Made by a program: the position numbers and the translations under genes
Notes under the pieces: generated by a model
Seen by the model: only the letters and a program-made list of their open reading frames with translations
Told to the model about the DNA's origin: nothing
Database searches by the model: none
Virus record (IMG/VR): IMGVR_UViG_3300031730_000003
Coordinates: 3,108 to 67,107 of that record
Strand: one strand, 5' to 3'
Source: a virus
DNA: 64,000 nt
Shown here: piece after piece, positions 48,008 through 57,027 of the stretch
Numbering within the stretch: the first letter of the stretch is position 1
Layout: each line of letters starts with the position of its first letter

Positions 48008-48036
48008 AGCCGCCTTTCGCCGGGGCGGCTGTTTCT
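48008..48036. terminator. Terminator-like hairpin
   Basis: CAGCCGCC..GGCGGCTG-TTTCT. Confidence 0.5.
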
Positions 48037-48048
48037 GCGTCTGGAACC

Positions 48049-48309
48049 TTACCGCCGTGACAGATGTGTGTCTAGCGCTCTCCGCATTGCCCGCCCACGC
48101 GGCCCCAGGTGCGCCTGCCGCAGCCCGCGCTCGAAGCTCATGGCCACCAGCCCAGCGCCCGGGAAGCGCACCCACAGCGCCCGTATCAGCGCCTCCATGG
48201 GCGGGCCGGTGATCGGGCGGAAGGACCCGTCCTCGGGCAGCCAGCGGACCAGGGCGACCTCGTTGGGTGTCAGGGAGCGGAGCTCGGCGGGGATGTCAGC
48301 GGCGAGCAC
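48049..48309 (-). CDS. Hypothetical protein
   Basis: GTG directly after the RuvC stop. Confidence 0.5.
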   Translation of the reverse strand: MLAADIPAELRSLTPNEVALVRWLPEDGSFRPITGPPMEALIRALWVRFPGAGLVAMSFERGLRQAHLGPRGRAMRRALDTHLSRR

Positions 48310-48885
48310 CTATGCTGCCTTCCCCCACTGCAGGTCCGCCAGCCGGTGCCGACGATCGTGCTCGAGCAGAACCATGGCGTCCGCCACGTCGTCGCGCCTG
48401 TCCCCCGCCGGCAGCCAGCCCTTGCGGATCGCCCAGGCCAGCGCCTCGGCCTTGGTCGCCTTGGTCGCAGTCTTGCGGATGATCTTCCCGGCGCTGTCCC
48501 GCTGGTGGAAGCGGCCGCGGCCAAGGATGGCGGCGCGCGCCTGGGACTCGTTGTAGTCGACCGCCTGGATCCCATGGTTGCCGGCCACGACGTTGACCAG
48601 GAAGCTCAGCCCGAAGGAGGACCGCAGGCTGGTCTGCAGCACGGTCGCGTTGCCCTTCTCGTCCTTCTTCGCCACCGCCGTCGCCGGCACCCACACGATG
48701 CGGTCGGGCCGGTGCGCCGTCACCAGGTCGTCCAGCGTGTTGAATGCGGCCACGCCCAGCGCGTTCAGATCGGCGATGCCAGGGAGCGCCACCAGCCCGC
48801 ACGCCGGAGCATGGTCGCGCAGCCCCGCACAAGCCCAGCCAAGCCGCCTGGCCGTCAGGTCGACAGCGAGGGTGCGGGCGCTCAG
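48310..48885 (-). CDS. RuvC-like Holliday junction resolvase; probable CTG start at 48885
   Basis: TLAVDL....GWA lies upstream of the ORF-track start; HRPDRI; ATKAEA..WA...GW.....DDVADA. Confidence 0.7.
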   Translation of the reverse strand: MSARTLAVDLTARRLGWACAGLRDHAPACGLVALPGIADLNALGVAAFNTLDDLVTAHRPDRIVWVPATAVAKKDEKGNATVLQTSLRSSFGLSFLVNVVAGNHGIQAVDYNESQARAAILGRGRFHQRDSAGKIIRKTATKATKAEALAWAIRKGWLPAGDRRDDVADAMVLLEHDRRHRLADLQWGKAA

Positions 48886-49436
48886 GCTGCGGCCTCAGCG
48901 GCCCTCTGGCGGCCTCCACGGGGCTTCGCGTCGGCCTGTTTGACCGGGGGCTCGCCGAACTCCACGCCGTATTCGACCCAGCCGTTTTGCCAGGACACGT
49001 ACTCCGCATCGCCCGGCGTGTGCGGGTTCAGCGATGCCAGGCCGCCCGCCTTGCAGCAGTCGTAGCCGTGGCAGAACGCCCGCGCCTCCAGCATCGCCTG
49101 CTCAGCCAGCGCCGTGCTCGGCGCCACCTGCTCCGGCATGTCCATCAGCGCGCCCTGCGGCTGCTCGTCCGTGCCGGCCTTCCAAAGCTGGATGCGCTCG
49201 TAGCCCGCCATCTTCGCCAGCGACGCGTAGTGCGCCTCCCGCGTCTCGTCCGGCAGCTTCGCCATCTTGCGGATCTCGGCGACCGCCGAAGCCGGCTCGC
49301 CTGCGTCCGTCGCCCGCTTCAGCGCCGCGCGGATCTTCCCGACCGCCGTGTCCTTGATCCGCGTCTGCTCCGCGCAGATCGCCATGATCTCGTAGTACTC
49401 CTCGCGCTTCAGGCCGTTCGATTGGGCGTCAGGCAT
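48882..49436 (-). CDS. GapR/DUF2312-like protein with C-terminal RMF-like motif
   Basis: Helical N-terminus KIRAALKRATDAG....VAEIRKMAKL....RE; C-terminus AFCHGY....GG....NPH.PG......WQNGW. Confidence 0.55.
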   Translation of the reverse strand: MPDAQSNGLKREEYYEIMAICAEQTRIKDTAVGKIRAALKRATDAGEPASAVAEIRKMAKLPDETREAHYASLAKMAGYERIQLWKAGTDEQPQGALMDMPEQVAPSTALAEQAMLEARAFCHGYDCCKAGGLASLNPHTPGDAEYVSWQNGWVEYGVEFGEPPVKQADAKPRGGRQRAAEAAA

Positions 49437-49722
49437 GCTGTTGATTCCTTGTGGGTTTGGATTGGCGTCTTTCGATCCGCACGGCATGATCGGCCGCCAC
49501 GCGAGCGGCTTCGGTTGCCTTCATGGCTTCGAGCGTGACGCCCTCCAACCCTCGCTTTGCCGCCGCCTTCGCGATGGCCTCGAAGTGCGCCACAGGAATG
49601 CGGTTGCGGTTTTCCCAAGCGTTGACGGTCGTATACTTGGTTTCCCCTCCCAGGTCGTCGACCAGCATCTGCCTAGTGGGCCAGGCGCGGAGGAACCAAA
49701 CGAAGCTTCGCAACTCTGTCAT
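49429..49722 (-). CDS. Cro-like HTH regulator (probably leaderless)
   Basis: WPTRQMLVDDLG...YTTVNAWENRNRIP..HF..I..AA..RGL; first gene of the replication operon. Confidence 0.75.
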   Translation of the reverse strand: MTELRSFVWFLRAWPTRQMLVDDLGGETKYTTVNAWENRNRIPVAHFEAIAKAAAKRGLEGVTLEAMKATEAARVAADHAVRIERRQSKPTRNQQHA

Positions 49723-49728
49723 GTGCAA

Positions 49729-49799
49729 ATGCTCGCACGATTTTCTACGGATATCAAGCATGCCTTGCGGGGCGCGTAATTCCGTGTATAATTTCGTGC
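49729..49799. promoter_or_regulatory. Divergent promoters with operator-like repeats
   Basis: Minus strand TTGATA-N17-GAGCAT-N6-ATG; plus strand TTGCGG-N16-TATAAT; repeats AAATCGTG, AATTCCGTG, AATTTCGTG. Confidence 0.65.
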
Positions 49800-49894
49800 A
49801 GAACCAGCCGACAGGAGAGAGAAATGGCCGCCGTCATCGCGTGCCGGCGCATCTACTTCCACATCCAGGCGCTGAAGCAGAAGGAACCGACCGC

Positions 49895-50848
49895 ATGAGC
49901 GAGAAGCAGGACTGGAAATCTGGGGATTGGGCGGCGGTGCGGATCGTCCGTTTCCCTGCCAGCAACCCGCAATTGGTGGAGATCGAGCGGCCGGGCAAAC
50001 CGACAGTGTTGATGTTCGTGGACAGCCTTCACCCGCTGCCGGCCATGGCGGCGGAGGATGTGGGGGTGATCGAGGCGGCTGAGGCTTGGGCAACGATATG
50101 GTTCCCAAACCCCAATTCCCACCTGATTGGCCTTGTGCCGGAGGTGGCTGACCTACTCGCCGCCGTCCGCGCCCGCGCCAAGACGAAGGAGCCCCCGCAC
50201 CCGATCTGCGACCATCCCACGATCTATAACGCCGGGTTCTGCTGCGGCAACACGCCGTGCACGGCTACTGACGGCATGCCCCCCTACGGCATTGACCTCT
50301 CCAACGACGGCTCGGGGCCGGACGTGGAGACGGACGTGGAGAAACCGAAGTTCAAGATCGGCGATCACGTATGGGACGCATTCAAAATGGAAGGCGTCGT
50401 GGAAGAGATCGCAACCTCCGGAGAGCTTGGAGTCCGTTGGCTCAATGGTGGCATGTCTTGGCGCTCACAGCGTAATTTGGCAAACGTTCCGACATCCCCA
50501 GACGCACCAGACCCCACCAATTCCGCCCCGGCGCCGGACGTGGAGGCGCTGCGGGAGAAGGTGGTGGAGGCGGCACGGAAAATTCGGACCACGTATAAGT
50601 CCCCGTCCAGTGACTATGTGGACGAATGGCAGCCTCTGTTCATGGCCACCGACGCCCTGAACGCCGCCCTCACGCCGGCGCCCGTCGATCGCGTGGTGGA
50701 GCTGCGGGAGGCGGTTGGCCGGCTGATCCAATACGCCGAGCGCGTCGAGCACGAGAGCAAGGTTGTCGAGCATTACGACATGGCAGCGCATGCTCGGGAC
50801 GCCATCACCCGCGCCGAAGCAGCCCTCTCCGCGTTGGGGGACCGGTGA
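49895..50848 (+). CDS. Hypothetical multi-domain protein
   Basis: AAGGA RBS; KFKIGDHV SH3/KOW-like segment. Confidence 0.65.
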   Translation: MSEKQDWKSGDWAAVRIVRFPASNPQLVEIERPGKPTVLMFVDSLHPLPAMAAEDVGVIEAAEAWATIWFPNPNSHLIGLVPEVADLLAAVRARAKTKEPPHPICDHPTIYNAGFCCGNTPCTATDGMPPYGIDLSNDGSGPDVETDVEKPKFKIGDHVWDAFKMEGVVEEIATSGELGVRWLNGGMSWRSQRNLANVPTSPDAPDPTNSAPAPDVEALREKVVEAARKIRTTYKSPSSDYVDEWQPLFMATDALNAALTPAPVDRVVELREAVGRLIQYAERVEHESKVVEHYDMAAHARDAITRAEAALSALGDR

Positions 50849-51606
50849 TGGCCAACGAAGTCGCCAAGACGCAGGAAGGGGCTGTCGCCGCGCCGGACTC
50901 CATGATGAACTTCATCGCCATGGCGCTGGAGAACCCTGCGATCGACGCGGGCAAGCTGAAGGCCCTACTCGACATGCAGCGCGAAGTGATCGGTGACCAA
51001 GCCAAGGTTGCCTTCAATCAGGCGCTGCACGAGGCCCAGGCTGAGATGCCGCGCGTGAAGAAGACCGGCATGGTCACCCTCGGCGACAAGAAGGGTGGAT
51101 ACGCCTTCGCGACATGGGCCGACATGGACACCGCGTTGCGTCCTCTGCTGGACAAATACGGCTTCACGCTGTCGTTCGACATGACCGCCAAGGAAGGCGG
51201 GGGCGCCGTTGTTACGGGCACCCTCACGCATGTGGCTGGGCACGGCAAGTCGGTCTCTCTGCCGCTTGCGCTGGACACTGGCCCCGGTCGCAACAACCTC
51301 CAGGCCATGGGCAGCACCCTCAGCTATGGCAAGCGCTACTGCGCGGAGATGCTGTTCAACATTGTCCGGGAAGGTGCCGATGATGACGGCAAGCTCGGCG
51401 GCACGAAGTTCATCACCGCCGACCAGGTCGCCGAACTCGACGCGCTGCTGAAGGAGGTCGGGCGCGAGGAGGGGCCGTTCCTGGACCGGCTGTTCTCCGG
51501 CGCCGTCCGGTCCTTTGAGGAGGTCGAAGTCGGGGGCGCCTTCATGGCAGCCAAGAGCACGCTCGAAGCCATCCGCGGCCAGCAGCAAAAGAAGGCAGCC
51601 ACCTGA
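50848..51606 (+). CDS. erf: ERF-family ssDNA-annealing recombinase
   Basis: FNQAL..AQAEMP.VKK....YAFATWADM...LRPLL.KYGF.LSF...LQAMGSTLSYGKRY...DDDG. Confidence 0.88.
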   Translation: MANEVAKTQEGAVAAPDSMMNFIAMALENPAIDAGKLKALLDMQREVIGDQAKVAFNQALHEAQAEMPRVKKTGMVTLGDKKGGYAFATWADMDTALRPLLDKYGFTLSFDMTAKEGGGAVVTGTLTHVAGHGKSVSLPLALDTGPGRNNLQAMGSTLSYGKRYCAEMLFNIVREGADDDGKLGGTKFITADQVAELDALLKEVGREEGPFLDRLFSGAVRSFEEVEVGGAFMAAKSTLEAIRGQQQKKAAT

Positions 51607-52379
51607 TGCCCGTCATCGATTGGAAGCTTCAGCAGGGCAGCCTCGAATGGTACAAAGCGCGGGCCGGCATTCCCACGGCGTCTGAATTCGATTCGGTTTT
51701 GACCCCCAAGACCGAAAAGCTCTCCGAGAGCAGGCACAAATATGCGGCCCGCCTGATCTGCGAGCGGCTGCTGAAGTGGCAGGCCGACAGCCTCGACAAG
51801 ATCCAGCACATCGCCGACGGCAAGGAGAACGAGCCCATTGCGGTCGCCCGGCTTGAACTCGTGCACGACATCGAGACGCTGCCGGTCGGGTTCATCCGCA
51901 CCAACGATCTGCGGTTCGGCGCCAGTCCTGATCGGGTGTCCTCGGTCAGCGCCGATCTGCTGCGAGTCGGAATCGTGATCGAGGCGAAGTCCCCCACGAT
52001 CCCGAAGCAGATGGAATACCTGCTGTTCGGCCACGACGCGGAATATCGCTGCCAGGTCGCCGGCCAGCTTCTGGTGGCCGAAGCCGACAAGGCGATCTTC
52101 CACTCCTACAACCCGCGCATGCCGGACTACACCGTCGAGACCGGCCGCGACGAGCCCTTCATCGCCAAGCTGAAGGACGCCCTGGAGCGCTTCTCGGACG
52201 AACTGGAGGCCCTGGAGGTCAAGGCGCGGTCCCTGGGGCTCTATCAGGCCTTTGAGGCCCTGGCGACGCCTCTGGACGCTGAGCGGGCCGATCTGCTGAG
52301 CGCTGCCGAGCTCGACGAGTTCCTGGATGGTGACGGGCAGCCGATGAGCTTCGGCGAGGCCCGGATGAGAGGAGGCTGA
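51606..52379 (+). CDS. YqaJ / lambda-exonuclease family
   Basis: QQGSLEW..ARAGIPTAS...G.ENEP.A...GASPD...IEAKSP...Y.CQV.GQL. Confidence 0.9.
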   Translation: MPVIDWKLQQGSLEWYKARAGIPTASEFDSVLTPKTEKLSESRHKYAARLICERLLKWQADSLDKIQHIADGKENEPIAVARLELVHDIETLPVGFIRTNDLRFGASPDRVSSVSADLLRVGIVIEAKSPTIPKQMEYLLFGHDAEYRCQVAGQLLVAEADKAIFHSYNPRMPDYTVETGRDEPFIAKLKDALERFSDELEALEVKARSLGLYQAFEALATPLDAERADLLSAAELDEFLDGDGQPMSFGEARMRGG

Positions 52380-52717
52380 GATGCACCCCTTAGAAACCGC
52401 CGCCCGCCTAGCCGCCAGCGCCAAGGACGCGCCGGAGTTGAACCGCGATGACGTGCCGCCCAGCTTTGCGCGCGGCGTCGCCGAAGCGGCGGCGTGGATC
52501 GAGGCGCAGATCCGGATGGTGCCGGTGGAGGACGAGTTCCAGCGGGGCGTGCGGGCTGGGTTGGAGGCGGCGGCGAAGGCGTTCGACGGCTTCCGTTTCC
52601 ACAAGGACACGATGGAACTCGTCAGATGCGGCCGCGCAAACGTGCTGATGATCGTGCCACGCGAGGCGAGGGCGCAGGTTCAAGCCGCCATCCGCACCCT
52701 CTCCCCCGACGCTGTGA

Positions 52718-53173
52718 CCGATGGAGGTGGGGATGTCTGAGTTCATGTGCCAACGTTGCGAGGACAGCGGTTACATCACCGTCCGCAACACCTTCCCCAT
52801 GTCCTATGTCGGACCCGGTTCTCCGCCTGATTACGCGACCGGGGTATGCGAGGCAAAATGCACGGCATGCCGGTTTCCATTTCGTCAGCATCAGGAAGAT
52901 AAGGGAGACGAATAATGACCGAAAGCGCATGGCTTATCGAGGCGCCAGGGCAGTTCTATTTGCGCGCCGGGCAGGTCGGGCATTCATGGGAGTTCAAGTG
53001 GACCGACGACGCCAACCAAGCACTGCGGTTTGCCTCGCAGCAGCAGGCCGACGCTACCATGATGGCGGTCCGTCAATTGAGTCCAGCGCTCTTTGATTTC
53101 GCACGCACCTTGCGAGACGCGCATGCAATCGAACACGGCTTCCTCACCACCACTGCCGATGGAGGTGGGGATG
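52718..53173 (+). repeat. Exact 18-bp direct repeat CCGATGGAGGTGGGGATG at 52718-52735 and 53156-53173
   Basis: Read directly; each copy is RBS plus start codon at a gene junction. Confidence 0.9.
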
Positions 53174-53523
53174 GCCGGTGATCCGAGGTTGGGAATCATC
53201 AAGAGCTACTGCCGAGACCGAACGTTTGAGGTATTCTCGAACGATTGGTGGCTGGGCTTGCTCGGGGTGCTGGATGTCCATGCGTGGGTGGTCGCCGCCT
53301 CCCCACCGGCGCAGGGAGGAGTGGTGGTCAGGGTCGCGCTCAGCATGACGCCAGGCGGCCAATGGGACGCGGTGGGGTCAAGCGCGTTCAGCGACGAAGA
53401 GGCTTTGAGAGAACTGCGCAACTATATGCCTGATAGTGCCGTCGTCGTGGGATGGCTCAATGCTCCGGTAGTGCCGCCGGGACCAATCGAGATCCCCGCC
53501 AGCGTGTCGGCGGGAGAGGGAAC

Positions 53524-53829
53524 ATGACGGACCATTTCCGCATCTCTGGTCCGGCGGTGATCAGCTTCAGCGGTGGACGGACGAGCGCCTACATGCTGCA
53601 CCGCGCCCTCAAGAGCACGATCGCAGCGCCCGGTGATCTTGGCTTCGGTCCGCGCGCGGTAATGGCATGCCATGAATCTGACGACGCTCATTGTATCGGA
53701 TGGCTGGTCAACCAACTCGGCCCCGGCAACAACATCGGTCTGCGCATACTGATGATGTCCTGCGAGAACGCCAGGGCGATCAAGCTCCGCGGCGAACAGC
53801 ACGAGACATTCGAGGATACGTTGCCATGA
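53524..53829 (+). pseudogene. Chimeric remnant: PAPS-reductase-like N-terminus fused to an unrelated phage protein C-terminus
   Basis: PP-loop VISFSGGRTSAYML, followed after only ~28 aa by STIA.PG...MACHE...HCIGWL.NQLG.GNNI.LR. Confidence 0.6.
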
Positions 53830-55976
53830 CCAAAGCCTGCGAGCCGGCGGACACGGCGATGGATGGGTGCGGGCCACCCCAACATCTGCGCGGCGCGGAC
53901 ACCATGCACTACGTGCAATGCCGCAATCGCGATCCGGAAATTTCTCGCTGGATACCGGACTACGCCGACACGCCCGAGGGCGGCTTCTGGTGGCATGGGC
54001 GTCGAGATGTGTCGCCTCGCATGATGGCCGATTGGGGTTATCGCTACATCTGCGCAGTCCCCTCCCCGGCCGAACTGGCTGCCCTGGTGCGGGCGGCTCG
54101 GGCGGCAAAGCAATGGCAAGAACGCCGTGTATCTGGCCAAGTCGCTACGTTCCACTCAACGATCGACGATCTCGTATTGGCCGATCTCAACACCGCCCTC
54201 CAGCCCTTCGAAGGAGTTGCCGATGTCTGATCGTAGCGCACTGCTGGCGTTGGCTGCGCGGGCGGAAGCGGGTGGGGATGCGGCGCTTTCCAGGGATGTT
54301 TGGATCATGCTGGGGTGGCGTGAAAAGAAGGCACACAACGGCTGGATTCCGCCGGAAAGACCGCAACAAGTCCGAGACTTGGTATGGGGCCCCCGCCCCA
54401 ATCTTCAAACCTCGCTCGACGCGCAGGCGGAGTTGCCGGGGCGGATCAGGTCCGTGATGAACTGCGCGCCAGCTTCACCTGGGTCATGGATTGCATGGGC
54501 TGCTACTAGCGCGAACGCGGAAGGACTTCCCGCGTCTGCCCCGACCGAATCGCTGGCAAGGCTCGGGGCACTTCTCCGCGCCCTGGCCGCAGCCAAGGAG
54601 GACGGGGATGGAGAGTGACGGAATTCCAGTGCATCCGGTGCAGACCGGCTTTCGAGGCGGCCAAGCGCCTCAGTCGGTCACGCTACGGGCGTATGAGGTC
54701 TACAGCGAGATATACAGCCCGCAGCCGGCCATGATTGAGGACGGCTGCCGGGGCGGCTTCAGCACTGGAGAACTGGTCGCGTTCCTCTACGCGAGGTCGT
54801 TCCCCAAGGCTGAATGGCGCAGGCGATTTGATGAGGCCGTGCGCGGAATGAAAGGATTTGGCCGCCATGCCTGACCCCACCCTCTCCAGCGCATCGGAAC
54901 GCAGCCGACAGGACGATCCATCAGTCTGGTCGTACGAAGAAGCGCTGGAACATGCGCGTAGGGCCATCTACGACGACGGCCGCGGCATGATCGGAGCAAA
55001 CCGGAACTACCTCGCCTATCGCGTGGCTAGGGCGTTGCAGGAGGCTCAGCGCGCTTCCCTACGAGCGAGGGCGCAGGGATGAGCGGGGATCAGGGGCCGC
55101 GTCGGCCGCAGACCATGGAATACTCAATGGCAACCATGGCGTTGGTCGCTGGTCTGGCCATGTCCGGCGCCCCCATGGGCCGCCGCTTGAAGCAAGCCCG
55201 CCTACGCAGGAAGGCCAAGACGCCAGCGCAGATCGCCCGCAAGGCCAAGCAGGTCGCCCAGCGCAAGGCCCGTAAGATCACGAGGCAGAACCCATGACCG
55301 CCCGCCGCGCAGCACTTCGCCGGCTGCTGGAGGATTGGGAGGCGGGCATCGCTACGATTGTGTTTGAAAGCGAGATCGCGGAGGCGTCTGAATTGGTGCT
55401 GGCCGGGATCGTCAAATCTACCGGCGTTCGCACGATGCGGTTAACAGATGCCGGCCTCGCGCTCGCGCGGCGGGACGAGGGAGGGGCGGGATGACCTGGG
55501 CCAAGATCAACATCAACGACAAGATGCGATTCCAACTGACAGAGCGCGGCAAGAAAATCTGGCTGGATTACTGGCGTCCATATACCGGAGGCGAGGAACC
55601 GACCTTGCCGCAAGAAACTGACGGCTGGTGCTCGGGACAGATGTGGTCGGTGATGTCCGTGTTCGGCCCGCACTTTTCCTGCGGCGCGGATATCCCGATC
55701 AAGACGGAGATTCTGGTCGAAGTCCCCACCCCCTCGGCCGACGCCGATGGGTGAGCGGGAGGTGGGGCTAGGGACGACTGTGCGGCAGATATCTCACCCG
55801 CACGACGTTGGCTTCGTGGAATGCATAAGCCGATGCGGCGAGATCGCCATCGTGAAGTTGGACGGCCGGCATATCAGCACGCCATACCCGATATCTGACC
55901 TGGAATCCTGGAACCGCCGCGCTGGCACCCATGAGTAACCCCAACCCGTTGCGCGTGGTGGTGTGTGGAGGGGCGG

Positions 55977-56489
55977 ATGGGTGAGCGTCGCTTCCGCATC
56001 TCGTGGATACCGCTTCGTGAGGCGAACCGCTTTATCGGGCTGCACCATCGCCATCACGTGCCGAGCCAAGGCGGAATCGTCGCCCTGGGGTGCTGGGAAG
56101 GACAGCGCTTGGTTGGCGTCGGCGTGATCGGGCGCCCGGTGTCGCGGAAGCTCCAGGAACAAGGGCATTGCGAGATCGTGCGCAGCTGCGTGCTGGATGA
56201 CATTCTTCCGTCCGGGCAGCATGCGGCTTGCGCGGCGTCCGGGCTGTTAGGGCGTCTGCGCCGCCTGGCTGGCTCTCTCGGGTTCGTCCACGTCGTCACT
56301 TACACGCTTCCAGAAGAAAGCGGCGCAAGCCTGACGGCATCGGGTTGGAAGCAAGACGACGCGCTGTTCGGCGGCGGAGATTGGAGCGTGTCGTCCAGAC
56401 CTCGCGCAGAATCCCGTCACCCAACAGCGCCTAAGCGCCGGTGGTGGCGCGAAACAGGCGCGCAACCGGAGTTGAAGATAGATGCCTGA
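55977..56489 (+). CDS. XF1762-family GNAT/Mom-like protein
   Basis: LREANRFI..HHRHH....G...LVGV..IGRPVSR...EI.R.C...S.L.G...R....LGF...VTYTL.EESGASL.ASGW...KRRW. Confidence 0.8.
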   Translation: MGERRFRISWIPLREANRFIGLHHRHHVPSQGGIVALGCWEGQRLVGVGVIGRPVSRKLQEQGHCEIVRSCVLDDILPSGQHAACAASGLLGRLRRLAGSLGFVHVVTYTLPEESGASLTASGWKQDDALFGGGDWSVSSRPRAESRHPTAPKRRWWRETGAQPELKIDA

Positions 56490-56667
56490 TTCTAAGGAAG
56501 ATGACGGCGAATGCCCGAACTGCGGCGGAGAAGGTCTCGTGTGGGGGTGCTTCGAGGATAGCTGTTCCTGCACCGATGACGACGGGCTTGGATGCTCGCC
56601 AGCTCGATGCGATTGGTGCCAGCCGCCCCACCCCACCGCCTCCGGGGTGACGGGGAGGGAGGAGTAG
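56482..56667 (+). CDS. Small Cys-rich (DnaJ Zn-finger-like) protein
   Basis: CPNCGGEG...CFEDSC.C....C...CDWC. Confidence 0.6.
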   Translation: MPDSKEDDGECPNCGGEGLVWGCFEDSCSCTDDDGLGCSPARCDWCQPPHPTASGVTGREE

Positions 56668-56682
56668 GATGAGCGGCGCCTA

Positions 56683-57027
56683 CTATCTTCCGCGCCCCAA
56701 TGCTGGCAGCACGACCGCCGTTGCCATCGACACCGCCGCCGTAATCCCAAGCCATACCACCTGAAGGACATACAGAGGCTCGTAGATCGTGACGATGTCC
56801 AGCACGTGCGACCCGGCGCAGCACAGGATGAACGCCACGAACAGCCATGTGCCGGCGCGACTGCTACCGCCACGCCAGAGCCCGAACGCCAGTTGCAGCG
56901 GGATCAGCACATAGGCCACCGCGATTACGCCGTTTGCGATGACGGTAGGGGTGACGAGATTGGCTTGCCACAACAGGCAGAAACCATGGGGCGTCAGGCC
57001 AGACGGCGTGAACAAAGCCTCTAGCAT
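56683..57027 (-). CDS. Stand-alone ETR1-type ethylene-binding-domain-like membrane protein (3 TM)
   Basis: PHGFCLLW; IAVAYVLIPLQL; FVAFILCCAGSHVL; ITAAVSMATAVVL match the three EBD helices, including C-x3-H. Confidence 0.85.
   Translation of the reverse strand: MLEALFTPSGLTPHGFCLLWQANLVTPTVIANGVIAVAYVLIPLQLAFGLWRGGSSRAGTWLFVAFILCCAGSHVLDIVTIYEPLYVLQVVWLGITAAVSMATAVVLPALGRGR

Larger units (their letters stand above)
52381..55938 (+). other. Array of small coupled hypothetical genes: 52381-52740, 52733-52915 (CxxC Zn ribbon), 52915-53181, 53171-53527, 53826-54230, 54223-54618, 54608-54874, 54867-55082, 55079-55297, 55294-55494, 55491-55754, 55747-55938
   Basis: Strong RBSs and overlapping start/stop codons. 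Confidence 0.7.

Noticed and set aside
47945-48040. Possible OOP-like antisense RNA ending at the 48008-48036 hairpin
   Set aside because: No convincing plus-strand promoter found; the hairpin can be explained as a terminator after 48049-48309.
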